NCBI GenBank assembly: GCA_002331145.1
Contig: DCYT01000002.1
Span: 23,337 to 87,336 of the forward strand
Direction: 5' to 3'
DNA length: 64,000 nt
DNA from: Candidatus Minusculum obligatum
Lineage (GTDB): Bacteria; Patescibacteriota; Minisyncoccia; Phycocordibacterales; Phycocordibacteraceae
The number at the start of each line of letters is the position of its first letter. Position 1 is the stretch's first letter. Below, piece after piece: positions 44,383-53,094 of the stretch. The position numbers were made by a program, and so were the translations under genes. The notes under the pieces are model-generated. The model did not search any database. It had not been told where the DNA came from and worked only from the letters and a program-made list of their open reading frames with translations.

Positions 44383-45374
44383 GAAACCATGCTCAAATAG
44401 TCGCAATAGTAATTCTCTTTATTGTTGCAATACTTGGATACTTTTTATTTATACAAAATAGAGGTCCAGAGTTTACATTCGAGGAAAACCAAACTGATAC
44501 AATTATAGATACTCATACTATGGAAGAAATAAATACAACAGATGGAACAAAACATTCAATTCCACTTAATGAAATCCTCTCAGGAGGACCACCAAAAGAT
44601 GGAATTCCTTCAATTGACGATCCAAAATTTCTTTCAGCTGAGGATGCAGGTTTCCTTGCAGGAAGTGATGTAGGGCTTGGACTTTCAATTGGTGGAGAGG
44701 ATAGATTTTATCCATATCAGATTTTGGTATGGCATGAGATTGTAAACGATACTGTTGGAGATACTCCAGTGCTTGTAACGTACTGTCCTCTTTGCGCTAC
44801 AGGGATTGTATTTGAGCGGAAAGTAAAGGGAGAAGAACAGGAATTTGGAGTGTCAGGAAGGCTTTGGCAGAGCAATCTTCTTATGTATAACCGAGGAGAG
44901 GAAGAATCTCTGTGGTCTCAGGTGCTTGGGGAGGCTGTTGTGGGAGAGCATACAGGAGAGAAGCTTGCTGTGGTTCGCTCAAGTACCGTTAGGTGGGAGG
45001 ATTGGAAGCGTGAGCATCCGGATACAAAAGTGCTTTCAAAAGACACTGGTGCTGTGAGAGTATATGGACAGGACCCATATGGTGATTATTACACCAATGA
45101 GTCAGTATCTTTTGGTGCGTCATTTAGTGACACAAGACTTCATCCAAAAGCATTTGTGCTTGGAATAGAGGTGCAAAATCAATTTAAGGCATATCATAAG
45201 GATGCTCTTCCTGAAGGAGAGACAAAAGACTCCTTTGCAGGAGTGGAGGTGGTGATTAGTAAGAATAGTATCGGAGAGGTATCTATGAGCGTTGCAGGAG
45301 AAGAACTTCCATATGTTGGAGGATTCTGGTTTAGCTGGCTTGCAGTACACGAAGAAACGGAATTATATAAATAG
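44379..45374 (+). CDS. DUF3179-family protein with an N-terminal TM anchor
   Basis: YPYQILVWHEIVNDTVGDTPVLVTYCPLC and GVSGRLWQSNLLMYNR blocks. ATGA overlap with arsR. Confidence 0.7.
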   Translation: MRNHAQIVAIVILFIVAILGYFLFIQNRGPEFTFEENQTDTIIDTHTMEEINTTDGTKHSIPLNEILSGGPPKDGIPSIDDPKFLSAEDAGFLAGSDVGLGLSIGGEDRFYPYQILVWHEIVNDTVGDTPVLVTYCPLCATGIVFERKVKGEEQEFGVSGRLWQSNLLMYNRGEEESLWSQVLGEAVVGEHTGEKLAVVRSSTVRWEDWKREHPDTKVLSKDTGAVRVYGQDPYGDYYTNESVSFGASFSDTRLHPKAFVLGIEVQNQFKAYHKDALPEGETKDSFAGVEVVISKNSIGEVSMSVAGEELPYVGGFWFSWLAVHEETELYK

Positions 45375-45375
45375 T

Positions 45376-46017
45376 ATGAATCAAGGAACAACAATAGCAG
45401 GAGCACTTATTGCAGGAGCAGTAATCTTTAGTAATGGAAATACACAAGTAGCAGGTGGAGGTAACGAGAATCAAAACCAAGAAGTAAATATCGCTGAAAT
45501 AACAGAGAGAGATCATCTTTTTGGAAATCCAAATGCGCCAATAAAGATTGTGGAGTATTCAGATTTTGAATGTCCTTTCTGTTCACGATTCCATCCAACT
45601 GTAGAGCAGGTAGTACAAGAGTTTGATGGAGAGGTTGCGTGGGTATATAGGCACTTCCCATTAAACATTCATGCAAATGCAGAACCTGCTGCAGAGGCAA
45701 GTGAGTGTGTAGCAGAGCTTGGAGGGAACGATGCTTTCTGGAGTTTTTCAGAAGAGCTGTTTAATAATCAGAGAGGTCTTGGAGAGTCTCTATATCTACA
45801 ACTTGCAGCAGCTGAAGGTGTGAGTGAGTCAGCAATGCAAAGTTGTCTTGATAGTGATCGACACCTAGCAAAGGTGCGAAGTGACATGCAGGACGCTATC
45901 AATGCAGGAGGTCGAGGAACACCATTCTCTGTTGTTATTGGAGAGAATGGAGATATGGTTCCATTCTCAGGAGCGCTTCCGTATGAGAGCGTAGTGAGCG
46001 TTATCAATTCTCTATGA
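45376..46017 (+). CDS. DsbA-like thiol:disulfide oxidoreductase (paralog 2)
   Basis: IVEYSDFECPFCSRFHPTV and VAWVYRHFPL. N-terminal TM helix. The ORF track start at 45292 overlaps the upstream gene; the ATG at 45376 is preferred. Confidence 0.85.
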   Translation: MNQGTTIAGALIAGAVIFSNGNTQVAGGGNENQNQEVNIAEITERDHLFGNPNAPIKIVEYSDFECPFCSRFHPTVEQVVQEFDGEVAWVYRHFPLNIHANAEPAAEASECVAELGGNDAFWSFSEELFNNQRGLGESLYLQLAAAEGVSESAMQSCLDSDRHLAKVRSDMQDAINAGGRGTPFSVVIGENGDMVPFSGALPYESVVSVINSL

Positions 46018-46517
46018 AAGTAACCCTAGGAATTGTCGTCGTTATCCTAATAGCTCTTGGAGCGATACTTTTCTTTGCGGGTAGTAGTGAGAATACAGTG
46101 CGTGCACAGGTGCCAGATTTGGCACTAATACAGCATGGAGGTGAAGAGGTTGCGTTAGCAGAGATTAAAGGATTTGCTGTGCTTAATAGTTGGGCAACAT
46201 GGTGTCCATTTTGTGTGCAGGAAGTTCCAGATTTTGTAGAGCTACAGAAAGAATTTGAAAACGTATCTGTGGTTCTTATAAATCGTAGTGAGGACGCTGC
46301 CAAAGCAGAAGCTTTCTTGGAGGGTAGAGGAGTGAATCTTTCAGATCTTATATTCCTTGAAGATCCTAAAGATTCCTTCTATAAGGGAATTGGAGGGTTC
46401 TCAATGCCTGAGACACTCTTTGTAAAAGATGGAGAAGTAATCTTCCATAAGAGAGGATTCATAAACTTGTCTGAAATGAGAGATTTAACCACTAGCTTAA
46501 TAAATGGAACACTATGA
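46014..46517 (+). CDS. TlpA/ResA-like thioredoxin-fold thiol-disulfide oxidoreductase
   Basis: WATWCPFC active site. N-terminal TM helix. ATGA overlap with the upstream dsbA. Confidence 0.8.
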   Translation: MKVTLGIVVVILIALGAILFFAGSSENTVRAQVPDLALIQHGGEEVALAEIKGFAVLNSWATWCPFCVQEVPDFVELQKEFENVSVVLINRSEDAAKAEAFLEGRGVNLSDLIFLEDPKDSFYKGIGGFSMPETLFVKDGEVIFHKRGFINLSEMRDLTTSLINGTL

Positions 46518-47284
46518 TTGAAGTAGAAATAGGATTCATCATCTCAGCATTCATTGCAGGCCTTGTTATGTTCTTGGCACCCTGCACGCTTCCCATTGTT
46601 CCTGCATACCTTGGGTTCATTAGTGGTGTATCTCTTAAAGATCTTGCAAAGCTTGAGGGAGAAGAGCGAAGGAGGGTTCAAAGAAAGATTTTCCTAAACG
46701 GCGTTGCATTCATTCTTGGATTCACACTCATCTTTGTGCTCTTTGGAACGCTCGCTGGGCTTTTGGGAGAAGCGCTGGCGCCGGTTCGAATATGGCTTGC
46801 TCGAATAGGCGGGGTACTTGTAATACTCTTTGGACTTTTCATGCTTGGAGTATTTGATCTTAAATTCCTGCAGACAGAGAAGAGACTAAAACTTCCTTCA
46901 TTTATGAAGATTGGGTCTCCAACAACTTCATTTGGTATAGGATCAGCATTTGCATTTGGGTGGACTCCTTGTGTTGGTCCAATTCTTGCAAGTATTCTTC
47001 TTCTTGCTTCAACTTCCTCAACAGCATTCCAGGGAGGATTCCTGCTCCTTATCTTTTCTCTAGGGCTTGCAGTACCGTTTCTTATTGTTGCTGCAGCAAC
47101 AAGCTATGCAAGCTCATTTATTGAGAGGGGAGGGAAATTCTTAAAGTATGTCTCTATTATCGGAGGAATATTCCTTCTAGGTCTTGGAACACTGCTCCTC
47201 ACAGACAATTTTGGTCTTCTTATCCAGTATGGGTATCAGTATTTTGATTTCCTAAACTATGAAGCGCTACTAGATTATCTGTAG
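46514..47284 (+). CDS. ccdA: Cytochrome c biogenesis/thiol-disulfide transporter CcdA (DsbD transmembrane domain)
   Basis: LAPCTLPIVPAYLGF (TM1 Cys) and GWTPCVGPILASIL (TM4 Cys). ATGA overlap with tlpA. Confidence 0.85.
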   Translation: MIEVEIGFIISAFIAGLVMFLAPCTLPIVPAYLGFISGVSLKDLAKLEGEERRRVQRKIFLNGVAFILGFTLIFVLFGTLAGLLGEALAPVRIWLARIGGVLVILFGLFMLGVFDLKFLQTEKRLKLPSFMKIGSPTTSFGIGSAFAFGWTPCVGPILASILLLASTSSTAFQGGFLLLIFSLGLAVPFLIVAAATSYASSFIERGGKFLKYVSIIGGIFLLGLGTLLLTDNFGLLIQYGYQYFDFLNYEALLDYL

Positions 47285-47393
47285 AAGCTGAAATAGGGGA
47301 AATACACAATAACAGTACAAAAAACAATACAATGCAAGTATTCTAAAATGGCTCTACAAAGGGCCTTTTTTAGTATAAAAGAGGTCTAAACAC

Positions 47394-47423
47394 TTGACAA
47401 ATACTACATATATGTATTATAAT
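47394..47423 (+). promoter_or_regulatory. Sigma-70 promoter TTGACA-18-TATAAT upstream of the 3D-domain gene
   Basis: TTGACA at 47394-47399 and TATAAT at 47418-47423. Confidence 0.45.
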
Positions 47424-47468
47424 AGCGTCGCATTAATCTAATACGGTATATTAGTACCTTAATTCATT

Positions 47469-48029
47469 ATGATGCATCTTATTACTTCGATCGCTATTGC
47501 GAGTTTTTTATTTGGAGGAACGCCAGTTGCTCCAATCGCAGTAGACAATCTTAAGTCAGCTGAGGAAGGATACTTTCTCGCAGCGCACATTCCAAAAACA
47601 TATACGGTTAAGCTAACTGGATACAACGCTCTTGAGGCGCAAACTGATGAGGATCCATTTACGACTGCTAGTGGTCTATACTCTAATCCTGAGATTATTG
47701 TAGCCAAGAGTCGTGACATCGATCTTCCGTTTGGTACGGTTGTGAAAATTGATTCAAGCAATCGAGAGCTAACAGGAAGTTGTGGTGTAGAGGTGGTGTC
47801 TGAGCAGATTGGATACCGAGTGATCGGAGACGTAACACATGCACGTAAGTCGATGCAGATTGACGTTCTCCTAGATCATACAAAGCCTGTAGACCTAAAC
47901 GGTAAGTTACTAAACCCAAGTATTATTCTTGGAATCTGTGAAGGAGTACAGATTGAGGTTGTCGGAAAGATTGACCTTGATAAAGTCCCTTCAACGCAGA
48001 AAGAACTAGCCAAGCTGATTGAAGGTTAA
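47469..48029 (+). CDS. 3D-domain (MltA-like double-psi beta-barrel) protein with a signal peptide
   Basis: YTVKLTGYNALEAQTDEDPFTTASG...GTVVKIDS...IGDV...IDVLLD carries the conserved Asp residues typical of 3D domains. Confidence 0.65.
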   Translation: MMHLITSIAIASFLFGGTPVAPIAVDNLKSAEEGYFLAAHIPKTYTVKLTGYNALEAQTDEDPFTTASGLYSNPEIIVAKSRDIDLPFGTVVKIDSSNRELTGSCGVEVVSEQIGYRVIGDVTHARKSMQIDVLLDHTKPVDLNGKLLNPSIILGICEGVQIEVVGKIDLDKVPSTQKELAKLIEG

Positions 48030-48036
48030 ATCAAAT

Positions 48037-48066
48037 AAAAAACACCCCCTTGCGGGGGTGTTTTTT
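48037..48066. terminator. Bidirectional intrinsic terminator between the 3D-domain gene and convergent cspA
   Basis: aaaaaacaccccc-ttgc-gggggtgtttttt: a perfect 13-bp stem with A6/T6 flanks. Confidence 0.8.
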
Positions 48067-48069
48067 GAT

Positions 48070-48270
48070 TTATGCTCGAGCTACGTTTGTGGCGTTAGGT
48101 CCCTTAGGTCCGTCACTTACCTCAAATGTAACTGCGTCTCCTTCTCGAAGGTCGTTGAACTCTGTATCGTTAAGCTCGTTTGCGTGGAAGAAAAGATCCT
48201 TGTCTCCCTCATCCGGCTTAATGAATCCAAAACCTCGGTCAGTAACACGAGCGATTGTTCCTTTGTTCAT
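48070..48270 (-). CDS. cspA: Cold-shock protein
   Basis: GTIARVTDRGFGFIKPDEGDKDLFFHANEL carries RNP1/RNP2 motifs. 66 aa. Confidence 0.9.
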   Translation of the reverse strand: MNKGTIARVTDRGFGFIKPDEGDKDLFFHANELNDTEFNDLREGDAVTFEVSDGPKGPNATNVARA

Positions 48271-48369
48271 TTCTGCAAGAGAAATTATCTACTAACTCAA
48301 AACCTTGGTAGAAAAATTTCTCACCAGAATGCTTTGATTGGTGCACAGTAGTATGAAAGTCTCTGAATG

Positions 48370-49146
48370 TCAATAGAGTTTTGCCCAAAAGGGGATAGAG
48401 AAGAGTCTTCTATACAATCCAATTTTTGTTCGGTGAATAGAGAGAGCAAACGCCTTTGTTCCAAAAGTGCTTCCAAGACGCATGGCAAGGGTCCTCATGT
48501 ATGTTCCAGAGCCAACTACTGCTCGTATTTTGAGTACTTGGAAGCCTCTATGTGTATTAGGAAGGAGATTTTTCCATTCTTCACGTATTTCATCTTGCCT
48601 GAAATCTGCACCAAGAGCTTTTTCTGGAAGAGTTGAACGGGGGATAGAAGAGAGTCTATCTTGTATATAGTTTATAAGGTATGCAGATGAGATAAATCGC
48701 GTATCCATAAGTTCTAGGTGATAAACAGTTTCCTCATGTGTTGGAATTTCAATAGTGTCGAGTGTCTTTTCAAGTGCGTATACAAAAAGAGGTTTTCCAT
48801 TAACTGGTTTTGATGAAAAGTGCGGATATTCACGAACGTGAGTACCAAGCTCAGACCTCAGTGCTCTTTGAATAATATTATTTGAAAGCCGTGTTTCTTG
48901 TAGGGCTTCTTTGGGAAGGCCAAGCATGTCTCCTGTATCAGTTTCAATATCAAGAAGCACTTCGATAATGTACTCCTTATCAAGTCCTAAATATTTTTCC
49001 CTTCGCTTTGTTTCTTCTCCTGTTAGCACAAGAAGTTTTCCGCTTGCCATAGGGTCAAGACGTCCAGCATAGGTCGCTTTTTCTTTTGTAGACCGCCTGA
49101 TTGCTTCAAGTGGAGTTTCTCCAACTTTCTTATTAATAACTTTCAT
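48370..49146 (-). CDS. truB: tRNA pseudouridine synthase TruB-like
   Basis: YAGRLDPMASGKLLVL (catalytic Asp) and LDKEYIIEVLLDIETDTGD (KxY...TDTxD). Start set at the ATG at 49146, which overlaps the TGA of the upstream gene (ATGA). The ORF track gives a 26-codon upstream extension. Confidence 0.75.
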   Translation of the reverse strand: MKVINKKVGETPLEAIRRSTKEKATYAGRLDPMASGKLLVLTGEETKRREKYLGLDKEYIIEVLLDIETDTGDMLGLPKEALQETRLSNNIIQRALRSELGTHVREYPHFSSKPVNGKPLFVYALEKTLDTIEIPTHEETVYHLELMDTRFISSAYLINYIQDRLSSIPRSTLPEKALGADFRQDEIREEWKNLLPNTHRGFQVLKIRAVVGSGTYMRTLAMRLGSTFGTKAFALSIHRTKIGLYRRLFSIPFWAKLY

Positions 49147-49646
49147 AATTTTCTTGCATCGTATGCCCAATGAATGAGTGATTGGCGTTGTTTTGGTCTG
49201 CAAGAATAATCTTTTCTTCTGCAATTTTTAACAACTTGTGCAGCATGTCGCTTGTACGCTTCCCATCGCTTAATTTGTCGCTCATCATCTTCATGCCGTC
49301 GTCCCATATAGTATCTGCAATACCATTGGAACCATCCTCGAGGATCATCTTTATGTATCCAGCCTTTTTCTCTCCAAACAGAAAGAGGTTGTGATGCATT
49401 AAGCCCAAAGTAATTTAAATCTTTGTACCGTTTTTTATCCGGAGAGAGTTTTGCTTTTGTAAACCAGCTCTTTGGGAATTCTTTTCCACCATCTGTCATA
49501 TATAGTCCTCCAAAAGAACCAAGCTCCAACATTTCTTTTGGAGTAAGGTTTGGCTTAAAGTCTTTGTGAAAATTTTTCCCCTCGGGTTCTGTGAGGTAGT
49601 ACGTATAGTTTTGAAACATGTCACGCACAACAATCTTTTTTCTCAT
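49143..49646 (-). CDS. Hypothetical basic protein (167 aa) translationally coupled to truB
   Basis: Conserved-looking block GWIHKDDPRGWFQWYCRYYMGRRHEDDERQIKRWEAYKRH. No family assigned. Confidence 0.5.
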   Translation of the reverse strand: MRKKIVVRDMFQNYTYYLTEPEGKNFHKDFKPNLTPKEMLELGSFGGLYMTDGGKEFPKSWFTKAKLSPDKKRYKDLNYFGLNASQPLSVWREKGWIHKDDPRGWFQWYCRYYMGRRHEDDERQIKRWEAYKRHAAQVVKNCRRKDYSCRPKQRQSLIHWAYDARKL

Positions 49647-49687
49647 GCTTCTTAGTATACAAAAAATGGGCTAATAGCCCATTTGTT

Positions 49688-49879
49688 TTACTTACGCCCC
49701 ATTTGCCACCCGTTGAAAGCCATTACTGCGGCCACAACTCCGATAACAAGACTTGCCCACAGAGGGAGGTCATATGTTCCGATTGTTAGATCCCAAGATC
49801 GAAAGAATCGAAGAAGGTGTAGTGCACCACCGATTCCAAAAAGAATGGCAGCAAGATTAAAGAAATCTTTTCTTTTCAT
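49688..49879 (-). CDS. Small hypothetical membrane protein (63 aa, 2 TM)
   Basis: Helices LAAILFGIGGALHLL and LWASLVIGVVAAVMAF. Confidence 0.4.
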   Translation of the reverse strand: MKRKDFFNLAAILFGIGGALHLLRFFRSWDLTIGTYDLPLWASLVIGVVAAVMAFNGWQMGRK

Positions 49880-49903
49880 GTGAATTTTTATTACTTATAA
49901 ACT

Positions 49904-49963
49904 TTCTACGTATACTGAGTGTAGCAATAAAGTGTAGGTATTTCTGTAAATTACGTAGTTTTT
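49904..49963. repeat. Degenerate copy of the TACGTA palindrome family, in a divergent intergenic region
   Basis: ttctacgtatactgagtg ... aattacgtagttttt resembles aactactgagtt / aactacgtagtt from the two perfect palindromes. Confidence 0.35.
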
Positions 49964-49981
49964 GTTGATATACTTTTTTAT

Positions 49982-50389
49982 ATGACATTCATTCAAATAA
50001 TATATTTATATTTTCTTACCATTCCAGTCTTCTTTATTATTGATTTGTTATGGATTGGAGTGATTGCAAAAGATTTTTATCGTAATCAAATAGGATTTCT
50101 TTTAGGCCCAGTCAATTGGGTGGCAGCAATTGTTTTCTACCTTATTTTTATTGCTGGAATCTTAGTATTTGCAGTGCTGCCAGCGCTTGATGCAGGTTCC
50201 TTAATGAAAGCTGTTGTACTAGGTGCCTTCTTTGGTTTTGTTGCATATGCGACATATGATCTAACAAATCTTGCCTTAACAAAAAACTGGCCCCTCATGG
50301 TTACTGTCGTAGACATGATTTGGGGCGCAGTTATTGCAGGTTCAGTTGCAACAGCGAGTTATCTTATTGCAACAAAACTTTTCTCTTAA
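49982..50389 (+). CDS. DUF2177-like integral membrane protein
   Basis: Four TM helices. YDLTNLALTKNWP block. Confidence 0.55.
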   Translation: MTFIQIIYLYFLTIPVFFIIDLLWIGVIAKDFYRNQIGFLLGPVNWVAAIVFYLIFIAGILVFAVLPALDAGSLMKAVVLGAFFGFVAYATYDLTNLALTKNWPLMVTVVDMIWGAVIAGSVATASYLIATKLFS

Positions 50390-50544
50390 ATTCCTGGTGC
50401 AAAGAATTCTCCAAGGAAGAACGGCCAAAGAATGATTGCAAGAAGTCCTTTAAAGAAACTTAGCTGCAAGAACCCAATGGTAAATAGCCATGCAGCAAAC
50501 CAGAATCCTTCAAAGAAATAATGTGTAATTTTTATTTTTTGCAT
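50386..50544 (-). CDS. Small hypothetical membrane protein (about 52 aa from the internal Met)
   Basis: HYFFEGFWFAAWLFTIGFLQLSFFKGLLAIILWPFFLG. Confidence 0.3.
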   Translation of the reverse strand: MQKIKITHYFFEGFWFAAWLFTIGFLQLSFFKGLLAIILWPFFLGEFFAPGI

Positions 50545-50552
50545 ATGTTTTA

Positions 50553-50741
50553 TTATACACTTTCTGCTTTCTCCCACTCCTCATTAAATTTTCCCATCCA
50601 CTCTTTTTTATTTTCTGGCGTTGCTCCCTCAATAATTTCTTTATGATCAGACATATAGTGTGGATGCATTGCATCCATCATATTCTCTGGTGTATCTGCG
50701 GTAAATTCTTTATCACAGTCTGGACATGTCATTTTTTTCAT
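50553..50741 (-). CDS. DUF1059-like small metal-binding protein
   Basis: MTCPDCDKEF...MHPHYMSDH. 62 aa. Confidence 0.55.
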   Translation of the reverse strand: MKKMTCPDCDKEFTADTPENMMDAMHPHYMSDHKEIIEGATPENKKEWMGKFNEEWEKAESV

Positions 50742-50757
50742 ATGCGTTAATTATAAC

Positions 50758-50781
50758 AAAGCCCCGCATGTGCGGGGCTTT
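50758..50781 (-). terminator. Hairpin right after the stop of the minus-strand SurA-N-like gene
   Basis: aaagccccg-catgtg-cggggcttt: a 9-bp GC-rich stem. Confidence 0.5.
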
Positions 50782-50783
50782 GT

Positions 50784-51359
50784 TTACAGTTTGATATCAA
50801 TTTCTGCTCCTTCTCGAAGTTTTTGGATAACTGTTCCAAGGAATTGTTGCATTTTTCCTTGTCCGAGTTCCATTTTTAGTTGCGTTTTTATCTCGTCAAA
50901 TTTAGGCGCTCCTTCCTTTGAAGCAAGATGCTCATCATATAGTTTTTGCGCTTCCTCATCAGTTGCTTCAAGATCCTGTCCCTCAAAGATTTCTTTGTAG
51001 TACTGATCGATAGTTCGTTGCCTTGTGATTGTGTCTTTAAGACCTTCTTTTGTAAGGCTCATTCCTTCAAGTTGCTTTGCAAATGTTTCCTCATCTGGGA
51101 ATTTTGCTGCAATAGCATCAAATTCTTTTTGTACATCTTCATCCTTTACGCTGTATCCTTTCTCTTTTGCTGCAGCAAAGATAAGTTCATCATTTACAAG
51201 CTGCTGTGCCACCATCTTTTCAAACTGAGCGTACTTATCAGCATCAGTTTTATCTGGTGTTGGAATGTTTGGATTGTGAGAGAGCTGTGCCAGCTGTGCA
51301 TCAAGCATCTCGCGTGTAATTTCTGTTCCGTTTACGGTTGCAATAGTCATAGTCTGCAC
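50784..51359 (-). CDS. SurA N-terminal-domain-like chaperone protein with no PPIase domain
   Basis: IATVNGTEITREMLDAQLAQL ... ELIFAAAKEKGYSVKDEDVQKEFD follows the SurA_N / PpiD-N pattern. 191 aa. Confidence 0.6.
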   Translation of the reverse strand: MQTMTIATVNGTEITREMLDAQLAQLSHNPNIPTPDKTDADKYAQFEKMVAQQLVNDELIFAAAKEKGYSVKDEDVQKEFDAIAAKFPDEETFAKQLEGMSLTKEGLKDTITRQRTIDQYYKEIFEGQDLEATDEEAQKLYDEHLASKEGAPKFDEIKTQLKMELGQGKMQQFLGTVIQKLREGAEIDIKL

Positions 51360-51388
51360 AGGCTATCACGTAAGAAGCGCATGGTAAA

Positions 51389-53044
51389 ATGCCATCCATG
51401 ACTCAAAGAGAAGCTCTCGATATCCTAAAGGCTGGCCGAAATGTATACCTTACTGGTCCTGCTGGAAGTGGAAAAACATACGTATTAAATCAATACACAA
51501 AATACCTAAAAGAGCGGGGAGTTGTAACTGCAATTACCGCATCTACTGGTATAGCAGCAACACATATAGGAGGCATGACGATACATTCATGGAGTGGTAT
51601 TGGCATCAAAGATACGCTCTCAGATTCTGACATCGATCTTCTTGTACAAAAGGAACATCTTTTTAAGCGGTACGAAAAAACAAAGGTTCTTATCATTGAT
51701 GAAGTTTCCATGATGCATCCTGAGATGTTTGATGCACTTGATCGACTGGCCAGAGCAATGAAAATGAATGAGAAGCCTTTTGGAGGAATGCAAATTGTAT
51801 TATCTGGTGACTTCTTTCAGCTTCCACCAATAACAAAAGGAGGAGGGAGTATCTATGTAGATAGTTCAAAGGCTTGGAAAAGTATGGATATTCGAGTGTG
51901 TTATCTAGAAGAACAGCACAGACAGCAAGGAGGATCACTGGAAAATATCTTGTCTGAAATACGTGATGGAGAAATTTCATACAGTACACAAGAGATATTC
52001 GAAGAACTTCTCGAGAATAAACAAAGATTAAATGGAGAGCCAACTCGCTTGTATACACACAATGCAGATGTAGACGCTATTAATGAAGCAGAGCTTGAGA
52101 AGCTCGAGGGAGAGCTCTTTTCATACGAAATGGATTCAAGAGGGAAGGCAAATCTTGTAACAAGTCTTTCAAAGAGTATTTTGGCACCTCAATACCTAAA
52201 TATTAAAAAGGACGCAATTGTGATGTTTGTAAAAAACTCTTTTGAAGAAGGGTATGTAAATGGAACTCTTGGAAGAGTTGTTGATTTTGAAGAGGGTAGT
52301 CCTGTTGTAGAAACATACGAGGGAAAGAAAATAACAGTATCTCCTGCAACATGGGAGATTCAAGATGATGGAAAAGTATTAGCTGCGGTAGATCAACTGC
52401 CTATTCGTCTTGCTTGGGCCATAACGGTACACAAAAGCCAGGGAATGAGCCTTGATGCAGTGGAGATGGATCTTTCAAAATCTTTTGTGCCAGGACAAGG
52501 ATATGTAGCACTTTCAAGACTTCGTGATATTGAAGGGCTCACGCTCCTTGGGCTTAATCGCATGGCACTTACTGTGGATCCGTATGTAATTGAACTAAAC
52601 AAATGGCTTTTAGATGAATCTGCAAAATGGTCCAAAAGAATTGCGAAGTTTAGTAAAGAAGAGTTTGTAAAAATGCATGAGGAGTTTGTAGATAGGTGTG
52701 GCGGAACAAATGATGAGAGGGAGATAGAAAAGAACAAGGCAGCAAAAGAATATGAGGGTATGCAGGAGGTAATTCCATCTCACCACAAAACTCTTGTATT
52801 GCTTGAAGAGAAGATGAGTCTCAAAGATATGGCAAAAGAGCGGAAAGTAACAAAAGCAACAATCATTTCTCATCTAGAGAAGTTAAAGAGTGAAGGTGTT
52901 GGAGACTATGAGTATCTAAAACCCAAAGGTCTTGCAGCAATGAAAAAGGTAATAAAAGAAGAGGAGAAATTATCTTCTGCGCACAAGAAGCTGAGAGGGA
53001 AATATACGTACGAAGATTTGAGACTTGCGAGGTTATTTGCCTAG
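51389..53044 (+). CDS. Pif1/RecD-like superfamily 1B DNA helicase
   Basis: Walker A TGPAGSGKTY, LIIDEVSMM, GGMQIVLSGDFFQLPPI, C-terminal AITVHKSQGMSLDAVEMDL and a C-terminal HTH-like tail. 551 aa. Confidence 0.8.
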   Translation: MPSMTQREALDILKAGRNVYLTGPAGSGKTYVLNQYTKYLKERGVVTAITASTGIAATHIGGMTIHSWSGIGIKDTLSDSDIDLLVQKEHLFKRYEKTKVLIIDEVSMMHPEMFDALDRLARAMKMNEKPFGGMQIVLSGDFFQLPPITKGGGSIYVDSSKAWKSMDIRVCYLEEQHRQQGGSLENILSEIRDGEISYSTQEIFEELLENKQRLNGEPTRLYTHNADVDAINEAELEKLEGELFSYEMDSRGKANLVTSLSKSILAPQYLNIKKDAIVMFVKNSFEEGYVNGTLGRVVDFEEGSPVVETYEGKKITVSPATWEIQDDGKVLAAVDQLPIRLAWAITVHKSQGMSLDAVEMDLSKSFVPGQGYVALSRLRDIEGLTLLGLNRMALTVDPYVIELNKWLLDESAKWSKRIAKFSKEEFVKMHEEFVDRCGGTNDEREIEKNKAAKEYEGMQEVIPSHHKTLVLLEEKMSLKDMAKERKVTKATIISHLEKLKSEGVGDYEYLKPKGLAAMKKVIKEEEKLSSAHKKLRGKYTYEDLRLARLFA

Positions 53045-53060
53045 GTAGATGTTGCTATGA

Positions 53061-53090
53061 AAAATAGCCCGCAAAAGGGCTATTTTCTCT
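53061..53090 (+). terminator. Intrinsic terminator after the Pif1-like helicase
   Basis: aaaatagccc-gcaaaa-gggctatttt followed by ctcttg. Confidence 0.55.
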
Positions 53091-53094
53091 TGCT

